A DNA stretch of 64,000 nt from the IMG/VR virus record IMGVR_UViG_3300036766_002289, positions 62,001 through 126,000 of that record; one strand, given 5' to 3'. The position numbers and the translations under genes are program-made. The notes under the pieces were generated by a model. The model searched no databases. It had not been told where the DNA came from and saw only the letters and a list, made by a program, of their open reading frames with translations. Shown piece by piece: positions 1-7,953 of this stretch. The first letter of the stretch is position 1. Each line of letters starts with the position of its first letter.

Positions 1-37
1 TTTGTTTTGATTGTGAAAGTTGGGGAATTAATATAAC

Positions 38-106
38 GGGGGCAGTCTATGGGTAGCCGTTGGCCTTTGCAAGGCTGACTATGGGGATCGTAACCCCATG
101 CCTCCA
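38..106 (+). tRNA. tRNA-Ala(UGC), atypical (no clear D-stem, 7-bp anticodon stem, T-loop ATCGTAA)
   Basis: Acceptor GGGGGCA/TGCCTCC with G3:U70 and A73; anticodon loop TTTGCAA; T-stem TGGGG/CCCCA. Confidence 0.75.
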
Positions 107-110
107 CTAT

Positions 111-458
111 ATGCAGAAATATAAAGAAGACAGTCCTTTTGTAAAAGGGTGTAAGCCAGACGGATTTGCCACAAGCTGGGAGCCTAAGAAGTTCAAATAC
201 AAATGGCTAGAATTATGGCAAAAAAGTACTGATGGCTTTGTGGGGCTGGCAAAAATCAGTAAGAAAATGCCTTTGTATTGGAGAAGTCCAAAAAATTTGA
301 TTTATGGAGTCATAGTATTGCAGGCTGGTTTTCATAACGACCAAGAGTGGGTCAGAGTATTAAGGAAAACTGCTGATAGCGTCATAATTCCAAATCCTGA
401 ATATAATAAGAATGGCAACCCAACAAGAATAATCATCGACCTTAATCCAAAAAACTAA
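111..458 (+). CDS. hypothetical protein (start moved to the ATG downstream of tRNA-Ala)
   Basis: ORF 60..458; its 5' part overlaps the tRNA. Confidence 0.6.
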   Translation: MQKYKEDSPFVKGCKPDGFATSWEPKKFKYKWLELWQKSTDGFVGLAKISKKMPLYWRSPKNLIYGVIVLQAGFHNDQEWVRVLRKTADSVIIPNPEYNKNGNPTRIIIDLNPKN

Positions 459-472
459 TAAAAAGGTTTAAA

Positions 473-682
473 ATGTTTTCACACAATCCAAAATGGTTTA
501 GTGACAAGATGCGTGAGACTAAGGATTTACCCCATATTGAGGTGACAAAGAAAGAATTCATCAAATTGTTTGTTAAGAATGGTGGCGAAAAGAAGGACGC
601 AAGCTTCCAAGCTAATATATGCGAAGGATTAGGCAGTAGTGTTCAAATAGGCAATCAGATGGTAAGTATTAAGGGGGCTTAA
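473..682 (+). CDS. hypothetical protein
   Basis: ORF preceded by AAGG SD-like sequence. Confidence 0.65.
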   Translation: MFSHNPKWFSDKMRETKDLPHIEVTKKEFIKLFVKNGGEKKDASFQANICEGLGSSVQIGNQMVSIKGA

Positions 683-737
683 CTCATCGGCTAAATTTTT
701 TAATTAAGCTTTTGAGTCATCCATACTATATTATTGT

Positions 738-1220
738 ATGGATATAATTCAACTGGAAAACCTTGTAAATCAAGGATTAAGTCAATATAAAATTGCAGAT
801 ATTTTTGGTTGCTCGCAAAGTAAGATAAAATATTGGTGCATTAAACTTGGTATAAAGGCAAAACAAAAAATTAGGAAATGTGCTTTGTGCGGGGAAACGG
901 ATGCCATTAAAATTTATAGGCATAAAGATGGTAGGTTTAGGTATCGTTGCAAGAAGTGTGATAATAAAAAAACTATTGAGCGGTTTAGGGATTACAAAAA
1001 GAAGGCCGTAGAATATAAAGGTAGTAAGTGTTTGATTTGCGGTTATTCTAAGTGTTTAGCGTCTTTAGAATTTCATCATAGGAGTCCAGATGAAAAAGAC
1101 CCGCGTTGGACTAAAATGCGAAATTGGCCCCTTTATAAAATAAAAACTGAATTGGATAAATGTGATTTAGTCTGTAGTAATTGTCATAGGGAGATTCATT
1201 ATGGAAGAGGTGAAATATGA
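738..1220 (+). CDS. HNH homing endonuclease with N-terminal HTH
   Basis: N-terminal GLSQYKIADIFGCSQSKI helix-turn-helix; CxxC..LEFHH..CDLVCSNCHREIH. Confidence 0.85.
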   Translation: MDIIQLENLVNQGLSQYKIADIFGCSQSKIKYWCIKLGIKAKQKIRKCALCGETDAIKIYRHKDGRFRYRCKKCDNKKTIERFRDYKKKAVEYKGSKCLICGYSKCLASLEFHHRSPDEKDPRWTKMRNWPLYKIKTELDKCDLVCSNCHREIHYGRGEI

Positions 1221-1482
1221 ATTTTTTTGAAGTTTGTTTTAACAGCATGTCTGGCTTAAGAATCTTGATTGTAAAGAGCGTTATGCCTTGTCTCAGTTAA
1301 TGATTTGTAGGACAATTACTGGAGAACAAGTTCGTGAAAAACATCCCGAAGTAGATTTTACTAGAATACACAATGTAACTCCTTTTTTAAGTCTTATCCC
1401 ACCACCAGTGGATTTATGGTCGTTTAATGAAGATTGGTATGATGTTTTGGTCAAGGTTATGCTTTTAGAAGGTATTCGTTAA
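1217..1482 (+). pseudogene. small hypothetical gene apparently split by a 1-nt frameshift near 1240
   Basis: ATG at 1217 (MNFFEVCF) overlaps the HNH stop; the frame of ORF 1288..1482 is open back to 1243 (QHVWLKNLDCKERYAL). Confidence 0.4.
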
Positions 1483-1494
1483 TTGGAGATAATC

Positions 1495-2262
1495 ATGAAT
1501 AAAGAACGTAGGGGCTTTATGGCTTGGCTAGCTGGGTTTTTTGGTCTTGGCGCGGTTACGCAATTAGGTGCGCAACCAGTAAGTATGACCAACAATCATC
1601 CAGTATATGGGAAACAAGGTGAATGGATTCTTTACAAACAAGATGTGCCAAATAAAAAAGGCATTATTGTCTTTACAATGAATGTTGGTAATCTTCCCCC
1701 CTTAAAAGCAGAAGCCTACATTGAAAGGATCAAAGATCAGTTCCGTAAAAGTGGCAACCCACAAGATTGGCAAGACTGGCAGCATATTTTTATGCCAGTC
1801 CGCCATCAAGAAACTAAGGTTGAGATTTTTTCATTTGAAAAGTGTGATTACATAGAGCCTATGAAAGTTCTGGGGGCTGTCGTTCCTTTTGTAGCCCCAA
1901 GTAAAGAATCTGTAAAGGATTATGTCCTTTTGATGTTAGGTGCGCCAGTTGTTAAGGTTGAATTAGATGATACTCAACTTGAATTTGCATATAACAGTAC
2001 CAAAGAAGCTTTTGCACATGTGTCTGAGGCTAAGGGTAGCGTTTTGATGAAGTTTGAGGGTAGTCGCCCTTGGGCTGGTTTGGGCGATGAGATTTTCAAG
2101 CAAATGGTGTATGCTCGGGCCATGATTATGTTGGGTCATATTCGTGGTAAGTATATCTCACTTCCAGGTTCAGGCGGTAATATTGTGATGGATGGTGAAA
2201 CACTTAGAGAAGAAGGTAATACATTGCTAGCTGAGTGTATGGAGGAACTAAGTAATTTATGA
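1495..2262 (+). CDS. Tat-signal protein with T4 portal(gp20)-like segment and neck(gp13)-like domain
   Basis: RRGFMAWLAGFFG; VFTMNVGNLPPLKAEAYIERIK; VKDYVLLMLGAPVVKVELDDTQL and LGHIRGKY..LPGSGG..MDGETLREEG. Confidence 0.65.
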   Translation: MNKERRGFMAWLAGFFGLGAVTQLGAQPVSMTNNHPVYGKQGEWILYKQDVPNKKGIIVFTMNVGNLPPLKAEAYIERIKDQFRKSGNPQDWQDWQHIFMPVRHQETKVEIFSFEKCDYIEPMKVLGAVVPFVAPSKESVKDYVLLMLGAPVVKVELDDTQLEFAYNSTKEAFAHVSEAKGSVLMKFEGSRPWAGLGDEIFKQMVYARAMIMLGHIRGKYISLPGSGGNIVMDGETLREEGNTLLAECMEELSNL

Positions 2263-2450
2263 CAGGTGATGAATTAGACCGATTTGAAAATTTATTACTA
2301 TTCTGTTGTTCTCATGATAAGTTCAGAAGGGCACCAGTTGGGCAGGCTGTAGGGATGTTGCCTGAATCTGTAAAAGAATTCCTTAGAACAATTAAGTCTG
2401 ATGATTTAAAGAATATTAGGCCAGATTATATTAAGAAGAATTGGCTTTAA
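2259..2450 (+). CDS. hypothetical protein
   Basis: ORF coupled by ATGA overlap. Confidence 0.55.
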   Translation: MTGDELDRFENLLLFCCSHDKFRRAPVGQAVGMLPESVKEFLRTIKSDDLKNIRPDYIKKNWL

Positions 2451-2641
2451 GCCTTAATATCGGATTTTCTAACAGTCAGGACATATCTTTGGACAAAGAT
2501 ATTGTCAAGTTGAAATAAAAGATCAATTAGGTCGAAGTCAACGCCTACAATAGTGCCATACATGCCGTAGAATCGGTGATCTGTGCCAATATATTTTACC
2601 CTTTTGCCTATTCTGTAAGGATTTAACCAATAGTTTTTCAC
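2447..2641 (-). CDS. small hypothetical protein, MKNYW N-terminus, SH3/KOW-like
   Basis: IGKRVKYIG..YGMYGTIVG. Confidence 0.5.
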   Translation of the reverse strand: MKNYWLNPYRIGKRVKYIGTDHRFYGMYGTIVGVDFDLIDLLFQLDNIFVQRYVLTVRKSDIKA

Positions 2642-2657
2642 ATAGATATTTACTCAG

Positions 2658-3041
2658 ATGCTCTACTATCTGTTTTTCCTACATTTGATTGGCGATTTTG
2701 TTTTTCAAATCCGCTGGATGGCTAATAACAAAAGCCATAATCGGTGGGCACTTATGCTGCATTGTCTGGTATATTCAGCAACTTTAGGCGGTGGTTTGTA
2801 TTGGCTTAGACCTGAGTATGTTACACTGCCAGAGTTTGGTTTATTTATATTTTTTAATCTTTGTGCCCATTATTTAACTGATTCTATCACAAGCAAAATT
2901 ACTTCTTATTTTTATAGTAAAGAGCAATTTTATTTATTTTTTGTTACCGTAGGATTGGACCAATTCATACATACTGCGACGTTATTATTGAGTTGTCAGC
3001 TTATAATTGAGAAAATTGGTGGGCATAAATGGCTAACATAA
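2658..3041 (+). CDS. DUF3307-like membrane protein
   Basis: HLIGDFVFQ..H..H..D..GLDQFIH pattern. Confidence 0.8.
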   Translation: MLYYLFFLHLIGDFVFQIRWMANNKSHNRWALMLHCLVYSATLGGGLYWLRPEYVTLPEFGLFIFFNLCAHYLTDSITSKITSYFYSKEQFYLFFVTVGLDQFIHTATLLLSCQLIIEKIGGHKWLT

Positions 3042-3487
3042 GAAAATATAAGAAGTTAAGGACAGAAGGCTATACAATACTTGGTCTTTATAAGATTGGT
3101 AGAGAAAATGGCCTGGCTCCAGATGAAATTGTGATAATGTTGGATAAAGTTATGCCAGAGGAAGGGCATGATGATGTTGTTAAGTTTATGCGAAAAATGG
3201 AGTTTGGTGAAGAATATTGTATGACTTGTCAGAAATTTTTCATAGATAAGCCAGGAGAATGGTGTGATTTTCATTGCAAGGATTGCCAGAAAAGAATTGA
3301 CAAAATGTGGGAAAAGGTCTATGATGCATGTGAGGAATCTGGTGAAGAATTGTCCAGTGACGAGCAGGTTAGGTTTAGTATTTTAATTGGAATGGTTACG
3401 GCGATGGATAGCTTAGTTGTACAGGAGGCAGATGGGACACAAGAGAACCAAGGGAGTGAGACAAAAACTTCGTTCAAAACAGAGTGA
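3029..3487 (+). CDS. hypothetical Zn-finger protein
   Basis: CxxC..C..HCxxC. Confidence 0.6.
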   Translation: MANIRKYKKLRTEGYTILGLYKIGRENGLAPDEIVIMLDKVMPEEGHDDVVKFMRKMEFGEEYCMTCQKFFIDKPGEWCDFHCKDCQKRIDKMWEKVYDACEESGEELSSDEQVRFSILIGMVTAMDSLVVQEADGTQENQGSETKTSFKTE

Positions 3488-3644
3488 GAAAACAAAACAG
3501 TATGCGGTAGTGCCAGCTATTATTGTTAATAGTGAAATTCGTGGGGATGTGGAAATTTTAAGCAAACGTGGTGACGGTAGGTTTGAATGCAAAGTTGGGG
3601 AATCGAGTATCCAATACTTAAGTAAAAAAGAGATAGATAAACTT

Positions 3645-3723
3645 GTCGTCAGAAGCTAATTTCGCATGGCGCGGGGCTGGTCTGCAAAATCAGTGCTAAT
3701 AGGTTCGAATCCTACTGACGATT
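3645..3723 (+). tRNA. tRNA-Cys(GCA), atypical 8/4-like fold
   Basis: GTCGTCAG/CTGACGAT acceptor, U73; CTGGT-CTGCAAA-ATCAG anticodon arm; TAGG-TTCGAAT-CCTA T-arm. Confidence 0.7.
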
Positions 3724-3737
3724 CTAGAGGAAGTGAT

Positions 3738-3905
3738 ATGAAAGTTTTTGTATTAGACAATCATGATTCAAAGTTCATAATGCGTAGGGAAGAAGCCTTG
3801 GCCGCGATTGGATATGAATTGGATATACTTGAAGTTGGGGATACTTTTACTATTGAATGTAAGGTAATGACTGAAGAAGAAGTTGACGCCTTACCAGAGA
3901 TGTAA
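3738..3905 (+). CDS. small acidic hypothetical protein
   Basis: ATG after AGAGGAAG, downstream of the tRNA. Confidence 0.6.
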   Translation: MKVFVLDNHDSKFIMRREEALAAIGYELDILEVGDTFTIECKVMTEEEVDALPEM

Positions 3906-3906
3906 A

Positions 3907-4617
3907 ATGTCAGCAGTAGCAACTTGGATTAATCATGATGCCTTACGCAATGACATAGAAAGCCATACTGCGTTTGCATTAATTTCGGCATTGGATATAA
4001 TTAATTGGGAATGCCCAATTACTGTTATTCAACAAGACGCGCTGATTTATGCTATAAAAGAACTAATGCCGACGCATCATTGGTCGCGTATCAGCGAATA
4101 TCCGTGGGCATTAGTAAATGCAAGGATTACAGGCAAACAATCCGTTTTAGATGTTGGTGGGGCAGATTCGCCTTTTCAATATGCTTTAGTTATGCGGGCA
4201 GGGGCTGTTACCAACATTGACTTAGATGAAGATGGTAAGTTTGCCCTTGCCAAGAAATCAATCCTTGGCAAGGCTTTATCTGATAAGATTGTTTGGCTAA
4301 AGCAGGATGTGCTTACTTATAAGAAAACTTTTGATCGGGTGTTGTGTATATCGGTCCTTGAACATATGCGTGACCCTATTGGTGCCGTCAAGCACCTTTA
4401 TTCGCTTGTGAATCCTGGTGGTCGGTTATTGTTTTCGTTTGATGTTGCAGAAAAACCATGTAAGGATTTTCCTATTGGGATAGTTGAGGCTAAGAAAATA
4501 TTGAATATATTCTCTCTTAAAATGCCATCTATTTCGGAAGCTTATGTTCAGCCGTTCAAGATCGCTAAGAATTTAAGAGTTATGTGTGTTTATGCAGATA
4601 AAGGATTTGGAAAATAG
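3907..4617 (+). CDS. class I SAM-dependent methyltransferase
   Basis: VLDVGG..FDRVLCISVLEH..NPGGRL. Confidence 0.85.
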   Translation: MSAVATWINHDALRNDIESHTAFALISALDIINWECPITVIQQDALIYAIKELMPTHHWSRISEYPWALVNARITGKQSVLDVGGADSPFQYALVMRAGAVTNIDLDEDGKFALAKKSILGKALSDKIVWLKQDVLTYKKTFDRVLCISVLEHMRDPIGAVKHLYSLVNPGGRLLFSFDVAEKPCKDFPIGIVEAKKILNIFSLKMPSISEAYVQPFKIAKNLRVMCVYADKGFGK

Positions 4618-4630
4618 ATATATATTATAT

Positions 4631-4702
4631 GGTCCCGTAGTCTAATGGAGAGGCACTTGTTTCCTAAACAAGGTTATGCAGGTTCGATTCCTGTCGGGAC
4701 TA
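4631..4702 (+). tRNA. tRNA-Arg(CCU)
   Basis: Cloverleaf; CTTGT-TTCCTAA-ACAAG; GGTTCGATTCC. Confidence 0.93.
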
Positions 4703-4708
4703 CTTTAG

Positions 4709-4782
4709 GGGGTCACAATGGGCGGTAAAATCATAAACCGAAAGGCTTGATTTTATTAAAGGTTCAATTCCTTTTGACTCCA
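4709..4782 (+). ncRNA. tRNA-like RNA with Ala acceptor and no normal anticodon loop
   Basis: GGGGTCA/TGACTCC-A (G3:U70); TAAAATCA/TGATTTTA stem enclosing a 14-nt loop with CC-GAAA-GG; AAAGG-TTCAATT-CCTTT T-arm. Confidence 0.65.
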
Positions 4783-4784
4783 CT

Positions 4785-4970
4785 ATGACGTTAGATAATA
4801 TAGTAAAATCTTATGTGACAGCAGGATTGACAACAAAGGTATACGATGCTCCGAAAGATGCTGTTACCTTTGACAAAATGATTGTTATTTTCAGTACACC
4901 AGCCTGTAAATCCATTAAAATGGTAATGCTGCATAGCAGTAAAACTCAAGGCATCGTAGGTAAGTTTTAG
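4785..4970 (+). CDS. hypothetical protein
   Basis: ORF. Confidence 0.45.
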   Translation: MTLDNIVKSYVTAGLTTKVYDAPKDAVTFDKMIVIFSTPACKSIKMVMLHSSKTQGIVGKF

Positions 4971-5001
4971 ACTTTACGGAAGCAGAAAGTCATAGTATGA
5001 T

Positions 5002-5352
5002 ATGGTTGTTGATTTTGAGATTACGTTGAACAGATTTGGGTTTTATCGGCTCACAAACAAAGTTCAGATAGCGTTTGTTAGGATATCTTGGTGGGATATT
5101 CCAAATAAACACTCTGTTAGTTTTGAAATAAACTGGAAAAACATGACTAAGCAAGAGATGGAATTATCGCAAGCATTTACTGAGTTGGAATATAAAGTAA
5201 AAGCTTTAAAAATGGCTCATGATATTAGTGAAAGTTTAGGTTCGCAGAAGCATAGTTATTGGATTGCTTATATTGAGCCAGTGGAGAAACGTCTGGCTGA
5301 TTTTAAGACTAAATTTTACAAAATTATGCTAGAGATGGAAGAACCTGAATAA
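5002..5352 (+). CDS. hypothetical protein; C-terminal half (from ATG 5143) belongs to a small helical paralog family
   Basis: MTKQEMELSQAFTELE resembles 6272..6442. Confidence 0.55.
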   Translation: MVVDFEITLNRFGFYRLTNKVQIAFVRISWWDIPNKHSVSFEINWKNMTKQEMELSQAFTELEYKVKALKMAHDISESLGSQKHSYWIAYIEPVEKRLADFKTKFYKIMLEMEEPE

Positions 5353-5362
5353 ATATTAGTAT

Positions 5363-5436
5363 GGAACATGGCCTACCCAGGCTTACAGGGGAACGCTGCT
5401 CTGCGGGATAAGCAGATTTGAAACACCCGCATTGTT
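5363..5436 (+). ncRNA. candidate pseudoknotted structured RNA upstream of tRNA-Arg
   Basis: GC-rich gap; CTGCT/AGCAG and TGCGGG/CCCGCA interlocked stems; GGCCT/AGGCT hairpin. Confidence 0.4.
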
Positions 5437-5439
5437 ATT

Positions 5440-5511
5440 GGTCTCATGGTGAAATGGATATCATTCAATGCTTCTAACATTGAGTTTTAGGTTCGATTCC
5501 TAATGGGACTA
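5440..5511 (+). tRNA. tRNA-Arg(UCU)
   Basis: CAATG-CTTCTAA-CATTG; GGTTCGATTCC; GGTCTCA/TGGGACT. Confidence 0.92.
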
Positions 5512-5516
5512 CTCAT

Positions 5517-5588
5517 GCTCCTGTAGTCTAGTGGACAGGCAACCGCCTTCTAAGCGGTTCGACGCAGGTTCGATTCCTGCCAGGAGTG
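5517..5588 (+). tRNA. tRNA-Arg(UCU), second divergent isodecoder
   Basis: ACCGC-CTTCTAA-GCGGT; GCTCCTG/CAGGAGT. Confidence 0.93.
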
Positions 5589-5829
5589 CTTTTCTAGAGA
5601 CTACTTAAAATGTTATTTCAACTTGTTTGTTGGGTTACTGGCCATGACTGGCATTATTATTATACTTATTATGGCACTTATCGCCGTCGTTGTCAAGATT
5701 GTGGCTCAGACGAGAAACTTTAATGCGAATACCTTGGTTCGATGGTGGTGAAGAATCCAGAAGGGATGCACGCCTTTTGACAACAATGTTTCTTGTTGCT
5801 TTGTCTATGGCAATAGGTATAATGTTGCT

Positions 5830-6279
5830 ATGTCTGATCGAGTAATGTTCTTTGTTGGCCGAACGATTGGGGCTATTTACTTAACCGCTGGTTTATTTCA
5901 TGTATTTGGCGGTGAAGGCTGTGTAGACACATATTTTATTGGCATTCTCTTAATTGGGGTTCTAGTTTCTTTGGCTCTTGAGAGGGGCATAATCAAGTTC
6001 ATTAAGGACAAAATCATGGGTGTAGACTTCTTTCCTTGTGATTATTGTAGTGAAACAATCTGCGATTGTGGTGATTATATTCGGTGTGATTGTGGACGTG
6101 TGTGGTGCGATGAAAAATGTGCTAAAGAAGAAGGTTTTCGCACTAAGAGGAAGAAAAATACTTGTTCGTTTTGTAGAGTTGAAGCTGCCGAAGATTCTGA
6201 CCTTTTCGAGTTCCTTTTGAAGAAGTATAACCTTACAAGGGATGATGTTCTCAAAGAATATATCAAGAATCATGACTAA
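5830..6279 (+). CDS. hypothetical protein: N-terminal TM helices plus Cys-rich Zn-binding domain
   Basis: MGVDFFPCDYC..CDCG..C..CSFC. Confidence 0.6.
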   Translation: MSDRVMFFVGRTIGAIYLTAGLFHVFGGEGCVDTYFIGILLIGVLVSLALERGIIKFIKDKIMGVDFFPCDYCSETICDCGDYIRCDCGRVWCDEKCAKEEGFRTKRKKNTCSFCRVEAAEDSDLFEFLLKKYNLTRDDVLKEYIKNHD

Positions 6280-6442
6280 AAAAGAACTAGATTTAGTCCA
6301 GGCATTTACGGCGGTAGAAACTGCATGGGCTAGAATTGAATACTATAACGATCAAGAAAGTGTTATTAATGAAATTGATGATGCTTTAAAAGAGTTTAAA
6401 ACTTTGTTCTATGACCTTATTACGGAAGAGGAAACGGAATGA
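6272..6442 (+). CDS. small helical hypothetical protein (paralog family)
   Basis: MTKKELDLVQAFTAVE..FKTLFY. Confidence 0.6.
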   Translation: MTKKELDLVQAFTAVETAWARIEYYNDQESVINEIDDALKEFKTLFYDLITEEETE

Positions 6443-6612
6443 GTCCTGTTTACATTAGGTTATCGGATAAGAAATGGTTCCGTACTCTTGATATAAATAA
6501 CCGTGGCTTGGTTTATATTGACTTATCGGAAGATGGCGAAATCATAGGTGTAGAGGTTTTAAATAACAATTACAAGATTGAGATTGACGGTAAAACACAT
6601 GAACAAAATTGA
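6439..6612 (+). CDS. DUF2283-like small protein (not in the ORF track)
   Basis: Read manually: MSPVYIRLSDK..VYIDLSEDGEIIGVEVL. Confidence 0.65.
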   Translation: MSPVYIRLSDKKWFRTLDINNRGLVYIDLSEDGEIIGVEVLNNNYKIEIDGKTHEQN

Positions 6613-6772
6613 AGTAGAATTAATAGACGTGCTTCTAAAGCTTGAACAAGCAGTAACTGTGGTAATATCTAACTATGGGTCTGGCAACGCTTCGTCAATG
6701 AACTTAAGTAAAGAATTAAATAATTTTAAAGTGTGCTTATTTAAACTTTTAGCCAGTAATGCCGAGGATTGA
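6599..6772 (+). CDS. small helical hypothetical protein (paralog family)
   Basis: MNKIEVELIDVLLKLE..FKVCLFKLL. Confidence 0.55.
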   Translation: MNKIEVELIDVLLKLEQAVTVVISNYGSGNASSMNLSKELNNFKVCLFKLLASNAED

Positions 6773-7137
6773 ACATGCCTTACGATTCTAATGGTAATTG
6801 GTATGCTCCAACAGGTTCTCATAAAGCGGGGGGATATCCGCCAATGTCGGTTACACCAATTTCACCGCCTCCAGTTTTTAAACCTATAGGGGGAGTTAAT
6901 CCAAATTTTCCGCCTATAGTTTTTCCACCACCATCTCAACCTGTGTATAGTCTACCCCCATATCAACCTGGCATAGTATTTAATTCGACACCACCACCAT
7001 TAATAACTATTACATGTCCAACACTAGTCCCTTTTGATTTTTCATCGCCACTGAAATGCACTTGTGACATAATGGCGTTGATGCAACGGGGTTGTAAATG
7101 TGGGCAATTTGAAAGAGAACAAAAGTCTAAAAACTGA
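6769..7137 (+). CDS. proline-rich protein with C-terminal CTC..GCKCG motif
   Basis: Composition and motif. Confidence 0.6.
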   Translation: MNMPYDSNGNWYAPTGSHKAGGYPPMSVTPISPPPVFKPIGGVNPNFPPIVFPPPSQPVYSLPPYQPGIVFNSTPPPLITITCPTLVPFDFSSPLKCTCDIMALMQRGCKCGQFEREQKSKN

Positions 7138-7186
7138 GAAAGTTGCTTTACAAATTCAGGATTCGTGCTAGTATATATTGTTAGAT

Positions 7187-7258
7187 GGGCAGTGTCCTCG
7201 ACGGCTTGAGGGCTGGACTTATATTCCAGCACATGTGGTTCAACTCCATAACTGCCTA
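7187..7258 (+). tRNA. tRNA-Ile(UAU)
   Basis: GGGCAGT/ACTGCCT-A; CCTC/GAGG D-stem; CTGGA-CTTATAT-TCCAG; TGTGG-TTCAACT-CCATA. Confidence 0.85.
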
Positions 7259-7262
7259 CTTC

Positions 7263-7481
7263 ATGAAGAATTTTTGGGTGAATACAATAGATCGGGCTTT
7301 AAGGCGATTAGGATACATGCCCGATACAATTAACGGTCTTTTAGATAAAGAAAAAGAAGCCGTTATCATTGAACAATACCTCTATATTTTGCGAGAAGAT
7401 AATGAAGACTGTATGCCGCTTTCTTTGGAAGAGATGGCGGAATACGTCGTTGACTACTTTAGAAAAGGTGTTAAATGTTGA
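7263..7481 (+). CDS. hypothetical protein, MKNFW N-terminus
   Basis: ATG directly after the tRNA. Confidence 0.6.
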   Translation: MKNFWVNTIDRALRRLGYMPDTINGLLDKEKEAVIIEQYLYILREDNEDCMPLSLEEMAEYVVDYFRKGVKC

Positions 7482-7951
7482 CTCCGCGTGACCATTTGGA
7501 TAATTTGGTCCGTCACATTGATCTAGTTCGTGAAGCATGTCTTTTGTTAGGTCGTCGGTTAATGGATTCTGGCCGACTTGAATTTGGCAGATTACTTATC
7601 GCTGCTGGATTCCACCATGATGTTTCCAAATTCTTCGGCATTGAATGGAATTATCTTCATGCAGGACGCGACGTTCCCAAAGAACAACTCGATTTAGCAA
7701 TTAAACAACATACTCAAACCAACTCTCATCATCCCGAATATTGGGGTGGCGTAGAAAATATGCCAGAGATAGCAGTTGCAGAAATGGTCTGTGACTGGTA
7801 TGCTCGTAGTCAAGAGTTTGGCACTTGCCTGCGTGACTGGATTAAGCAAAATGCAATTGACAGATTCAAGATTGACCTAGAATCTGAGCAATACTTATGG
7901 ATTTATAAGTTTGTAGACCTTCTTTTAGAAGACCAATTTGTGAGGAATTAA
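7475..7951 (+). CDS. HD-superfamily / DUF5662-like protein
   Basis: H..HHDVSKF..HTQTNSHHPEYW..EMVCDW. Confidence 0.7.
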   Translation: MLTPRDHLDNLVRHIDLVREACLLLGRRLMDSGRLEFGRLLIAAGFHHDVSKFFGIEWNYLHAGRDVPKEQLDLAIKQHTQTNSHHPEYWGGVENMPEIAVAEMVCDWYARSQEFGTCLRDWIKQNAIDRFKIDLESEQYLWIYKFVDLLLEDQFVRN

Positions 7952-7953
7952 TT

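Noticed and set aside
672-1290. GGGGGCTTAACTCA as a tRNA 5' half split by an intron containing the HNH gene
   Set aside because: No matching 3' half or group I core found after the HNH gene; the sequence overlaps the upstream stop codon.
4709-4782. Full tmRNA (ssrA)
   Set aside because: Only ~74 nt, with no tag ORF or pseudoknots, and lacks the usual GAC before the T-arm. Kept as a tRNA-like RNA.
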